This document shows, one piece after another, positions 1 to 9,467 of a stretch of 45,121 nucleotides of DNA. Where the stretch lies: positions 31,815,521 to 31,860,641 of the forward strand of contig NC_068989.1 in NCBI RefSeq assembly GCF_001194135.2, in the 5' to 3' direction. Position numbers and translations under genes: made by a program. This stretch comes from Octopus bimaculoides (taxonomy: Eukaryota). The number at the start of each line of letters is the position of its first letter. The stretch's first letter is position 1. The notes beneath the pieces are model-generated. The model saw nothing but the letters and a program-made list of their open reading frames with translations. It was not told the origin of the DNA and made no database searches.

Positions 1-85
1 GATATTTGGTAGAAGTTACAAAGTGACTCAAGGAGCCAAGAGTTTTGTGCATCAGCACTTATTGAAGTAGTTATGAATCAAGGGG

Positions 86-86
<1 letters not shown>

Positions 87-129
<43 letters not shown>
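87..129. repeat. (TA)n microsatellite; many similar (TA)n/(TG)n/(CA)n tracts occur, e.g. ~2960-3440, 17612-17650, 22450-22540, 36110-36560
   Basis: Perfect TA dinucleotide run read directly. Confidence 0.95.
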
Positions 130-131
<2 letters not shown>

Positions 132-870
132 TCATCATCATTATTATCATCATTTAACATCCGTTTTCCATGCTGGCATGAGTTTGATGGCTTAACAGGA
201 GCTGGCAAACCAGAGGACTGCACGAAGCTCCATTGTCTGTTTAGGCATGGTTTTTATGGTTGGATGCTCTTCCTAACGCCAACCACTTTACAGAGTGGAC
301 TGAGTGCTTCTCATATGGCGCCAGCCCCAGTGAGGTCACCAAGTAACTTGAAAGACAAAGATACTTTGAGAATGGAGAGTACTGGAGGAGGTGGCTTTGT
401 GCCAAGTGATGAGAGATTAGAGTATGAGAGGGGGACAGAAATAAGTGTTTTACTTTAGAGGAAATATATGGTCTTCACAGCTGGAGGATGAGAGCGAGAG
501 ATAGAGAGAGAGTGATAGAGACAGCAAGAGTGAGAGAGATGGTAGTGATATGCCAGGGCATACTCTCAAAATATGGAGATGAGAATATAAATTGGATGGT
601 AGAGCATTGCTAAGGGTGCATGAATAGGGAGTTCGCATGAATGCAAAGAAAGGGAAGAATGCAGTGACTGATGAAGCCTGGGTATATAGGGGCGGGACAA
701 CATAATAACAATGATAAAGTGAGCAGGGCAGTGAGGACAGAAGTGGGGAAGAAAAGATAAGCATAGTGCATGAAAAAGAGAAAATGTGAGGAAAAGGAGA
801 ATGAGAGATGTAGTTTGGTTTAATGGGGTAGGGTGTGAAAACTTTTTTTAACGTTACATGTAGATGGAAC
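129..870 (-). mobile_element. Decayed RTE-LINE-related 3' fragment with (ATC)n tail
   Basis: Begins catcatcatcattattatcatcatttaacatccgttttccatgctggcatg, the reverse complement of the gttaaatgatgatgat 3' end seen on the RT-bearing RTE copy ending at ~27460; the 5' boundary is approximate. Confidence 0.6.
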
Positions 871-1182
871 ACACAGCACTTTCAGAACTAAGCTTCACTG
901 AAGTGGGCAGGTCTTCTCAAGGATATATATCATATATCCTTGTCAGTCAGCATATATATCATATAAATATTTATGCAATAAGAAAGGATCTTTAACTATA
1001 CATGGCCATAGGAAGACTTGATTGGAGAGAGAAAGTGTAAAAACATTGATGAAGTTACATTTTACAATAACAAGAACTTAGCTGTAGTTTCAGAGATCAT
1101 GGTTCTGGTCAGATTGAGCAATGTTAGGGAAATTACATCATCATATATACACAGATAGATGCTATCTAAAGATAGACAAGTG

Positions 1183-1818
1183 CAGGAGTGGCTGTGTGGT
1201 AAGGCGGCGAGCTGGCAGAATCGCTAGCACGCCAGGCAAAATGCTTAGCAGTATTTCGTCTGCCGTTACGTTCTGAGTTCAAATTCCGCTGGGATCGACT
1301 TTGCCTTTCATCCTTTCGGGGTCGATAAGTTAAGTACCAGTTACGCACTGGGGATCGATGTAATCGACTTAATCCCTTTGTCTGTCCTTGTTTGTCCCCT
1401 CTATGTTTAGCCCCTTGTGGGCAATAAAGAAATAAGAAGCTTGTTTCCCAACCACAAGGTTCTGGGTTCAGTTCCACTGCATGGCACCTTGGCTAAGTGT
1501 CTTCTATTATAGCCTCAGGCCAACCAAAGCCTTGTGAGTGGATTTGGTAGATGGAAACTTAAAGAAGCCCGTCGTACATATATATATATATATATATTTG
1601 TGTGTCTGTGCTTGTCTCCCCCACCACCACCACCATTGCTTGACAACTGATCTTGGTGTGTTTATGTCCCCATAACAGTTCAGCAAAAAGGGTCGATAGA
1701 ATAAGTACTAGGCTTACAAAGAATAAGTGCTGGGGTGAATTTGTTTGACTAAAGGTGGTGCTTCAGCATGGTCACAGTCAAATGGCTGAAACAAGTGAAA
1801 GAATAAAAGAAAATAAAG
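1183..1818 (+). mobile_element. Long tRNA-derived SINE interrupted by a second SINE at 1204-1432
   Basis: Head caggagtggctgtgtggtaag|aagcttgtttcccaaccacaaggttctgggttcagttcc (A/B-box-like), central (TA)n/(TG)n, 3' gaataaaag tail; same family at 21317, 33326 and 36236. Confidence 0.85.
1204..1432 (+). mobile_element. Short tRNA-derived SINE (probably MetaSINE-like central domain), nested in the long SINE
   Basis: gcggcgagctggcagaatcg...gagttcaaattcc (B box)...gcctttcatcctttcggggtcgataagttaagtaccag...aataaagaaa; flanked by TAAG at 1200-1203 and 1433-1436; second copy at 26347-26582. Confidence 0.85.
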
Positions 1819-1902
1819 TATCTTTAGAATCTGTAAGAATGTATCATAGAATCCTCATTATTACACAAACTTAATTAGAGAATACACATATATATACATA
1901 TA

Positions 1903-2680
1903 TATTGGGTCATCCCATAAAAAATGTCGTTTTTTTATACTTCTTTTATTTTTCAAAGTTAAAATAAACAAAGTTATTTTCTGATCTAAAATATGCTCTC
2001 CTTCATTTTCTACAATGCTCTTCCATCTATGTGATAGATTGCAAAGCCCCTCTTCCAAAATTCACTTGTCTGTGACAAAAAATACTCCTCCAGTGCTGAT
2101 CTGACCTCATCTACAGAATTCATATTTTTTCCGTCCAAATGATTATCAGATGGGGCAATGTCTGATAAATGATAATCAGATGGGGCAATGTCTGGCGAAT
2201 ATAGTGGATGGGGCATCGTTTCCCATTCAAACTGCTCCAGTCATCCTTTCTGTTTGTGGCCAAGCATTATCCTGATGGAAGAACACCTTTCGTCTTGAAA
2301 CCAACAAGACTTAAGCTGGTCAAGCTGCTCACAGTGGATCTCCTTTGTTATCATTTGGCTTGGGTTTAAAGGTTCAAAGTGGACTAAACCTTTCATGTCC
2401 CACCAAACAGATAGCAACACCTTATGTGGGTGAAGCCCTTCTTTAGCCTGGGGTGCTGGTGTTTCTCCTTTCCCTACCCACTGTCTTCTGCGTTTGACAT
2501 TTTTATAGAGAACCCATTTCTCATCACCAGTCATTATTCACTTCAAAAAAGGTTCATTCGTGAGATGTGACAGCAAAGAAGAGTGCATATTCACCCTCTG
2601 CATGCAATTACACTCGGAAAGTTTGTGAGGAACCCATTGACCCAATTTGCTGACTTTTCTGATGACATGCAGGTATTATG
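1903..2680 (-). mobile_element. Mariner (DD34D) transposase relic, 3' half with one TIR
   Basis: Translates to WVPHKL-like (~2620), TGDEKWVLY, KVLLSVWWD and HPLYSPDIAPSDYHL; TA-flanked TIR-like tattgggtcatcccataa at 1903; stops and frameshifts present. Confidence 0.92.
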
Positions 2681-2735
2681 TAAATAGAGGAATTTATTGG
2701 TAAAATAATATGTGACAATTATTCAGTTGCCATAG

Positions 2736-2792
2736 CAAAACTCTGAGTTTTGGATGTTGGGGTGGAAATCTGCTCTGGCATCTCGTCAGTTG
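2736..2792 (-). ncRNA. Hammerhead-like motif, core G decayed (GAAAC>AAAAC)
   Basis: caa-CTGACGA-gatg...catc-c-AAAAC-tc a ga-GTT-ttg: stem I caa/ttg, stem II gatg/catc, stem III actc/gagt. Confidence 0.55.
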
Positions 2793-3068
2793 TTAAGACA
2801 AAACAAAAATGCTATGAAAATTACCATTAAACAAAGGGAAATTACTGTGAAGTTGACCGTTATTAAGACAAACAAAAGAGCTATTAGAATGACCATTAAG
2901 TAAAGTGAAAAAAACTGGAAAGGGGAGAAAGTAAAAACTGCTCATAGGATTTTCATATGCGTGCATGTACATACATACACATGCGTGCACGCTCACCCAC
3001 GTACATATATACATATGCTCACTAACACTCGCATGAAATGCATACATGCACACCCACACACACCTATA

Positions 3069-3136
<68 letters not shown>

Positions 3137-3522
3137 ACCATACACATGTACACATATAAATATTCACACACACACGTATATAAACCCATATGCACACAAT
3201 TATATTCATATACACGTCTAAAAATACGCATATGCTCACTCACACTCACGTGATATATACACACCCTCACACATACCTATATGTGTACATTTATATGCGA
3301 CCATACACATGTACACATATGCACATGCAAACACACACACGTATATATACCCATACGCACACAAATATGTTCATATACATGTCTATATGTGTCTTTATAC
3401 GCACAGGCACAAAAGGCAGGGTGAAAGGTAATATACAGAAAAAATATGTAAAAATATATAAAGCAGAGTTCTATATTTAAGAGATGAGGAATTATGTACA
3501 TTATTTATATTTGTTTGTTGTT

Positions 3523-3568
3523 AACACAATGTTTTGGCTGATATACCCTTCAGCCTTCATCAGGTGTC
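3523..3568 (-). ncRNA. Hammerhead-like motif, CpG-decayed
   Basis: gacac-CTGATGA-a-ggctg aagggtatat cagcc-AAAAC-ATT-gtgtt; reconstructs to GAAACGTT with two G>A changes at CpG; stem I gacac/gtgtt, stem II ggctg/cagcc. Confidence 0.65.
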
Positions 3569-4140
3569 TTGGGGAAATTTTGATCTTGGGTTCTCATTCC
3601 TAAGGTATCACCCTAAACATGTTAACAACAAATATCCGTCAAATATAAATATTGTAAATAATATATATAAAGCAATAAAAATATATAAAAAATATATATA
3701 TATATATATAAAAATATGTAAAAAATATATAAAAAATGTATAGCGATAAGATGCTTGAAGATGGACACAGTATAAAAAGCACGTTCTATTTGTGTTCTTG
3801 GGGGGACCAAAAACGTAACAAATATTTAGCCATATGTGGACGTGATCCAAAAAGTTCAGTTCTTAAATTTAGACATGTCGCGGGATCTAAGCTGCTTTTC
3901 CAGATGAGCCATCTTTCCATATCACAAAGACCGCACTTTCCACTGTGTAAGGCTGGCACTTGGCTAAGATCTTCCAATGGATGTTGTAATTGTCAGTTTT
4001 TATTTGCTCCCCTTTCCGGTTTTTTCCCTTTACTTAATGGTCATTCTAATAGCCCTTTTGTTTGTCTTAATAACAGTCAACTTCATAGTAATTTCTCTTT
4101 GTTGAACGGTAATTTTCATAGCATTTTTGTTTTGTCTTAA

Positions 4141-4190
4141 TAACTGACGAGATGCTGGAGCAGATTTCCGCCTCGATATCCGAAACTTAT
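4141..4190 (+). ncRNA. Hammerhead-like motif, 3'-truncated by an RTE insertion
   Basis: CTGACGA 4144-4150, gatg/tatc stem II, GAAAC 4182-4186; inverted paralog of 2736-2792; RTE UTR sequence (gttgccagtgc) follows. Confidence 0.55.
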
Positions 4191-4542
4191 TGTTGCCAGT
4201 GCTCCTGGACTGGCTCTTGTGTGGGTGGCACATAAAATACACCATTTTGAGTGTGGCCATTGCCAGTACCGCCTGACTGGCCTTTGTGCCGGTGACACGT
4301 AAAAGCACCCACTACACTCTCGGAGTGGTTGGTGTTAGGAAGGGCATCCAGCTGTAGAAANNNNNNNNNNGCACCCACTACACTCTCGGAGTGGTTGGTG
4401 TTAGGAAGGGCATCCAGCTGTAGAAAGACTGCCAGACCAGATTGGAGTCTGGTGTAGCCATGTGGTTCGCCAGTCCCTAGTCAAATCGTCCAACCCATGC
4501 TAGTATGGAAAGCAGACGTTAAATGATGATGATGATGATGAT
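4191..4542 (+). mobile_element. RTE LINE 3' UTR fragment
   Basis: Matches 27160-27460; ends gacgttaaatgatgatgatgatgatg. Confidence 0.85.
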
Positions 4543-4646
4543 ATATATGTGTATATATATATATATGAATGTATATATATATATATACATATGTACTTAT
4601 ATATATGTGTATATATGTGTGTGTATGTTACAGTCTGTCAGATACC

Positions 4647-4690
4647 GGCCATGATGAAATACCACAAGGTATTGAAAATACGTATTCGCC
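4647..4690 (+). ncRNA. Hammerhead-like motif with a one-base insertion in the core
   Basis: ggc-C(A)TGATGA-aatacc acaa ggtatt-GAAA-atacgtat-TC-gcc: perfect 6-bp stem II, palindromic stem III, stem I ggc/gcc. Confidence 0.55.
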
Positions 4691-5448
4691 TTTATATGTT
4701 TAATCCTTTATATTGAACACTCAATATTCCATATATTCAATAAGACATTCAATACTTCATTTCACTGTACCATCCATTTTTATATTATATATATATTCCA
4801 TATTCTATATCCCACATTAATTTTACAAGAATATAAATAAAACATAAAAAACAGAGAGTTGGAAATCTTTTAAATAAAATAATATATTCCTCTATACACA
4901 ATCATACAAAACCCTTTTTTTGTATTTATTTTTACTCACACACACACACACATATATATATATATANNNNNNNNNNNNNNNNNNNNNNNNNNNNNNNNNN
5001 NNNNNNNNNNNNNNNNNNNNNNNNNNNNNNNNNNNNNNNNNNNNNNNNNNNNNNNNNNNNNNNNNNNNNNNNNNNNNNNNNNNNNNNNNNNNNNNNNNNN
5101 NNNNNNNNNNNNNNNNNNNNNNNNNNNNNNNNNNNNNNNNNNNNNNNNNNNNNNNNNNNNNNNNNNNNNNNNNNNNNNNNNNNNNNNNNNNNNNNNNNNN
5201 NNNNNNNNNNNNNNNNNNNNNNNNNNNNNNNNNNNNNNNNNNNNNNNNNNNNNNNNNNNNNNNNNNNNNNNNNNNNNNNNNNNNNNNNNNNNNNNNNNNN
5301 NNNNNNNNNNNNNNNNNNNNNNNNNNNNNNNNNNNNNNATCACACCCGTTTTATAAGTAGAGATACCAAGTTGAAGTGATGCATTTTGAGTAGATATGAA
5401 TAATAACAATAAATGGAGCAAAATGCATATAAATAAAAGTTCCTTTAA

Positions 5449-5534
5449 TTCCTACACATGTTTCAAAATATATGTGTACTCTACTCAAAGAAGTAAGAGC
5501 TGCTGGAATTCCACATATATTCATCGTCAGGGAA
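5449..5534 (-). ncRNA. Hammerhead motif (inverted copy of 7034-7120)
   Basis: ttcc-CTGACGA-tg aatatatgtg...cacatatatt tt-GAAAC-atgt-GTA-ggaa. Confidence 0.7.
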
Positions 5535-5664
5535 CCAACATATAGAAGCAAGACAAATGTGAAATGATGAGGTAATTTACGAGTTATAATATTATAATAT
5601 TATATGGCCAAGTAAGTGACCGTTAGAAGTAAGAACGCTTATTTACATAGAGTTATAAAGGGAG

Positions 5665-5757
5665 TAATAATATTACATAGCCAAGTAAGTGACCGTTAAT
5701 AATATTACATAGCCAAGTAAGTGACCGTTAATAATATTACATAGCCAAGTAAGTGAC
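5665..5757 (+). repeat. 32-bp tandem repeat, about 2.9 copies
   Basis: taataatattacatagccaagtaagtgaccgt at 5665 and 5697, partial at 5729; a related copy at ~5596-5625. Confidence 0.9.
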
Positions 5758-7033
5758 AATGTAAGGTAATGCCTCACGCTGATGTCTCGTTTTACATAGG
5801 TAGCTCATTGACGCAGGTCTCCAAGAGAATATCGAACCATTATTCTTCATTTAGGGATAGGAATAAAGCTAGCACCACCGGCCTAAGTAAATTCATTTGG
5901 GAACTGAAAGATTGCAATAAGCAATTCTCTTTGGAATGGTCTATACTCGCTACCTCAGTTCCCTAAGACAAAGGTAAGGAATTTTGTCCTCTTTGTAACT
6001 TGGAGCTTTTCCATATTCTGTTCTCCAAGAATCGCCTAGTTAACCAAATAACACAGAGGGCGTATCATTGTCAGCACTACAAGAGACATACCTTCATTTA
6101 TTGTCTTTGATTCTATCCTTCCAACTAGTTTAGGTTTTAAGCATTATTATTATTATTATCATTAATTTANNNNNNNNNNNNNNNNNNNNNNNNNNNNNNN
6201 NNNNNNNNNNNNNNNNNNNNNNNNNNNNGATCTTCTCCTTGTAAGCATGTATATTGTTGTTATTATTATTTCTCAACAAAATATCTTGTACCTTGTTCTT
6301 CCATTGATTTGCGTTAACATCCGTATATTAATATATCACAAGGTAATGATGTTTCATTTATCATGTTTACATTCTTCGCTTCAAATCAGTATGTTATTAA
6401 TCTTAATACTTTTAATATATTCTTAAACAATATATATTTCAGCCTCAATCACCACTTGTTCTTTATTTTCCCCTTCTACAGTTAGTTAAGTAAATTCTTC
6501 CTAGTAATGCCACACTGGTTGTTGTTCGTACCATTGGCAACTTCAACTAAGTATTTCCGATTTTCTTGTAAGCGTGCACATTATTATTATTTCTCCACTA
6601 AATATCCTGTACCTTGTTTTACCATTAACTTGCGTTAATATCCGTATAATAATATAATATATTACTAGGCTATGATGCTTTATTTATTTTTTATATTTAC
6701 TTTCTTCACTTTATATTAGTATTTCATTAGTTTTTCCTTAAGGAGAAAATTATTTTATATTTGATGAACTCTCTTGGTTCTCTCCCTTCCTCCACTTTTG
6801 AATTAGCAATTTAGCTTACAACTTTTAGTTTACTTTACTGTGATCTATTTTGCCCTCCTCCCCCCATTTTAATCATTTAATTTAAACCTTTAGTATAATG
6901 TTTACAGCCCCCTCCCTTTATAACTCTATGTAAACAAGCGTTCTTACTTCTAACGGTCACTTACTTGGCCATGTAACATTATAACTCGTAAGTTACCTCA
7001 TCATTTCGCATTTGTCTTGCTTCTATATGTTGG

Positions 7034-7120
7034 TTCCCTGACGATGAATATATGTGGAATTCCAGCAGCTCTTACTTCTTTGGAGTAGAGTACACATATA
7101 TTTTGAAACATATGTAGGAA
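7034..7120 (+). ncRNA. Type I hammerhead ribozyme motif, core intact
   Basis: Stem I ttcc 7034-7037/ggaa 7117-7120; CTGACGA 7038-7044; stem II aatatatgtg 7047-7056/cacatatatt 7093-7102; GAAAC 7105-7109; palindromic stem III ACATATGT; GUA triplet 7114-7116. Confidence 0.75.
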
Positions 7121-7490
7121 TTAAAGGAACTTTTATTTATATGCGTTTTGCTCCATTTATTNNNNNNNNNNNNNNNNNNNNNNNNNNNNNNNNNNNNNNN
7201 NNNNNNNNNNNNNNNNNNNNNNNNNNNNNNNNNNNNNNNNNNNNNNNNNNNNNNNNNNNNNNNNNNNNNNNNNNNNNNNNNNNNNNNNNNNNNNNNNNNN
7301 NNNNNNNNNNNNNNNNNNNNNNNNNNNNNNNNNNNNNNNNNNNNNNNNNNNNNNNNNNNNNNNNNNNNNNNNNNNNNNNNNNNNNNNNNNNNNNNNNNNN
7401 NNNNNNNNNNNNNNNNNNNNNNNNNNNNNNNNNNNNNNNNNNNNNNNNNNTAAGGAATGGAGAAAACGCATGTTATAATTGCATACTTTA

Positions 7491-7574
7491 TTCCTACATA
7501 TGTTTCAAAGGATTACAACCTGTGTGATCCATAGGGATCTTTGATATTAAAATTGTAACCTTCTCATCAGGGAA
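7491..7574 (-). ncRNA. Type I hammerhead ribozyme motif, core intact
   Basis: ttcc-CTGATGA-gaaggttacaa...ttgtaatccttt-GAAAC-atat-GTA-ggaa; extra gatcc/ggatc hairpin inside loop II. Confidence 0.75.
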
Positions 7575-8624
7575 AGCATGGGAATCATCTTAAACGTAAG
7601 ACATTATGACCGACTATGAAAACAATAGATGGATAAGGTTATGACTTAATTCATTTGAAAAAACCATTAGAGAATTGGACGCTGCCGGATAGTGGGTTGG
7701 ACAACACATACCTATAAATGTGTGAGAACATACATGCATACATAAATACATTTTTTGAATCAAGTTAATATTTCTTACTATGTTATTATAATGATTTGAT
7801 AATGTTTCTGCATGTCTCTTGATTTTTAAAAATCACATTATTTCATATATATGAAAACTGTGGATCAAATTTGTTTATAATCTAGTAACTGAAAAAGATG
7901 TTTGTCTTTACATGATAATAATATCTAACCTTTATACCAGTGGTTCTTAATCTGAGTCTTGTTGTGACAAAACAATTACAAAAAAAAGGCAAATATTAAA
8001 GCTATACTTCAGCATTACTGAGGGTTTTGAGGGATATGAAGCAAAGTCAGTATTACAGTAAATTGTAAGCAGGGCTAAGATAGTAGAATAAGAAACTAAA
8101 GGTATAAGGCGATACTTCTGCATTATTTCATGAACTTCTCATTATTTGACCATGGTCTCGTTAAGTGAATAACAAATATAATTAGAGAAATTCCTGCTTT
8201 TTCTCGCAGGTTCATGCCCCACTCTTTGGAGGTTACTGACGCAATGGATTTAATTATAAATGGTTGAAGACTACATACTACATAAAGTCTTCTAAGTATA
8301 AGTTTCTGCGTCACCATTTCTTTTATCTTCACCCCGACTATTCCCTCTGCTACTCTCTAAATTATAGTAGGCTTAACAAGGTATAAATTTTCTAAACTCA
8401 TTCTGCCACAGTTATAACAAAAAGTAACAATGTAAATATTTTGGTTTCCATTATTGATGTAAATTTGTTAAAAAATGGTTTATCCTTTATGTTTGAAGTC
8501 TATGCATTCATCTGACAAGAACAGTTTCTTTCAAATTGAAACAGTTGTAATGAATTGACACCTGTACATCTCTGTTACTTATTCATATTCTATATATACA
8601 TACATACATACATATATATATATA

Positions 8625-9270
8625 TCATCATCATCATCATCATCATCGTTTAATGTCCGCTTTCCATGTTAGCATGGGTTGGATGATTTGACTGAGGACT
8701 GGTGAAACCAGATGGCTACACCAGGCTCCAATCTGATTTGGCAAAGTTTCTACAACTGGATGCCTTTCCTAATGCCAACCACTCTGAGAGTGTAGTGGGT
8801 GCTTTTACGTGCCACCCGCACGAAGGCCAGTCAAGTGGTACTGGCAACGGCCACGCTCAAATGGTGTANNNNNNNNNNNNNNNNNNNNNNNNNNNNNNNN
8901 NNNNNNNNNNNNNNNNNNNNNNNNNNNNNNNNNNNNNNNNNNNNNNNNNNNNNNNNNNNNNNNNNNNNNNNNNNNNNNNNNNNNNNNNNNNNNNNNNNNN
9001 NNNNNNNNNNNNNNNNNNNNNNNNNNNNNNNNNNNNNNNNNNNNNNNNNNNNNNNNNNNNNNNNNNNNNNNNNNNNNNNNNNNNNNNNNNNNNNNNNNNN
9101 NNNNNNATGGGTGCCAGTCGTCGAATTTAGTTCGGTTTCAATTTCACTTGCTTCAGCAGGTCTTCGCAAGCGGAGTTTAGTGTCCAAAGAAGGAAAGGTA
9201 TGCATAAGTGGGCTGGCTACACCCCTGGCAGAGGCCTTGGATTTTGGTCTCACTTGGCTTGCCGGGTCTT
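8625..9270 (-). mobile_element. RTE LINE 3' UTR (spans gap 8869-9106)
   Basis: (CAT)n tail then cgtttaatgtccgctttccatgttagcatggg; matches 35160-35400. Confidence 0.85.
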
Positions 9271-9361
9271 AGGTTCAAAAAAGGAAAAAGATAAAATAAC
9301 AACAACAAAAAACGTGAGGACGTGATACAGATTGTGTTACTAGACACTTGGGAAAGGAAAG

Positions 9362-9398
<37 letters not shown>

Positions 9399-9422
9399 AA
9401 CATGAAATTATGGCCTGGTCAT

Positions 9423-9467
9423 AGAGTGACCAATTGTTTCATATCCATGGACAGCTCATCAGACACT
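9423..9467 (-). ncRNA. Hammerhead motif in the 5' inverted repeat of element C
   Basis: agtgt-CTGATGA-gctgtccatggatat-GAAAC-aattg-GTC-actct. Confidence 0.65.

Larger units (their letters stand above)
2736..4190 (-). mobile_element. Penelope-like element A: GIY-YIG C-terminus (3786-3990) with 3' repeat and an inverted copy at its 5' end
   Basis: Minus-strand YNIHWKIL...(S)GKCGLCDMERWLIWKSSLDPATCLNLRTELFGSRPHMAKYLL, the typical PLE endonuclease C-terminus; 2744-2940 is the reverse complement of 3990-4188. Confidence 0.7.
5339..7161 (+). mobile_element. Penelope-like element B: 5' inverted repeat, GIY-YIG endonuclease 3' part (5769-6110), 3' UTR/pLTR
   Basis: FYIGSSLTQVSKRISNHYSSF...GLSKFIWELKD...LEWSIL...*DKGKEFCPLCNLE; 5408-5664 is the reverse complement of 6911-7161; both ends run into gaps. 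Confidence 0.85.

Noticed and set aside
918-942. 11-bp perfect hairpin caaggatatat/atatatccttg
   Set aside because: Short and largely AT-dinucleotide, which is self-complementary by nature; no context
1183-1290. tRNA gene
   Set aside because: A/B-box-like motifs belong to SINE heads repeated through the window; no full cloverleaf
2793-3501. YI/VC/HT-rich ORFs (also ~36005-36613)
   Set aside because: Translations of (TA)n/(TG)n/(CA)n microsatellites
4305-4426. 56-nt exact direct repeat around a 10-N gap
   Set aside because: Typical unmerged contig overlap, not a real duplication
5665-5757. 32-bp repeats as a CRISPR array
   Set aside because: No spacers, no cas genes, eukaryotic context
8123-8332. 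69-aa minus ORF, and a possible + strand acceptor (tttttctcgcag at ~8209) as a TRNT1 5' exon
   Set aside because: No recognisable protein and no convincing donor; needs RNA-seq
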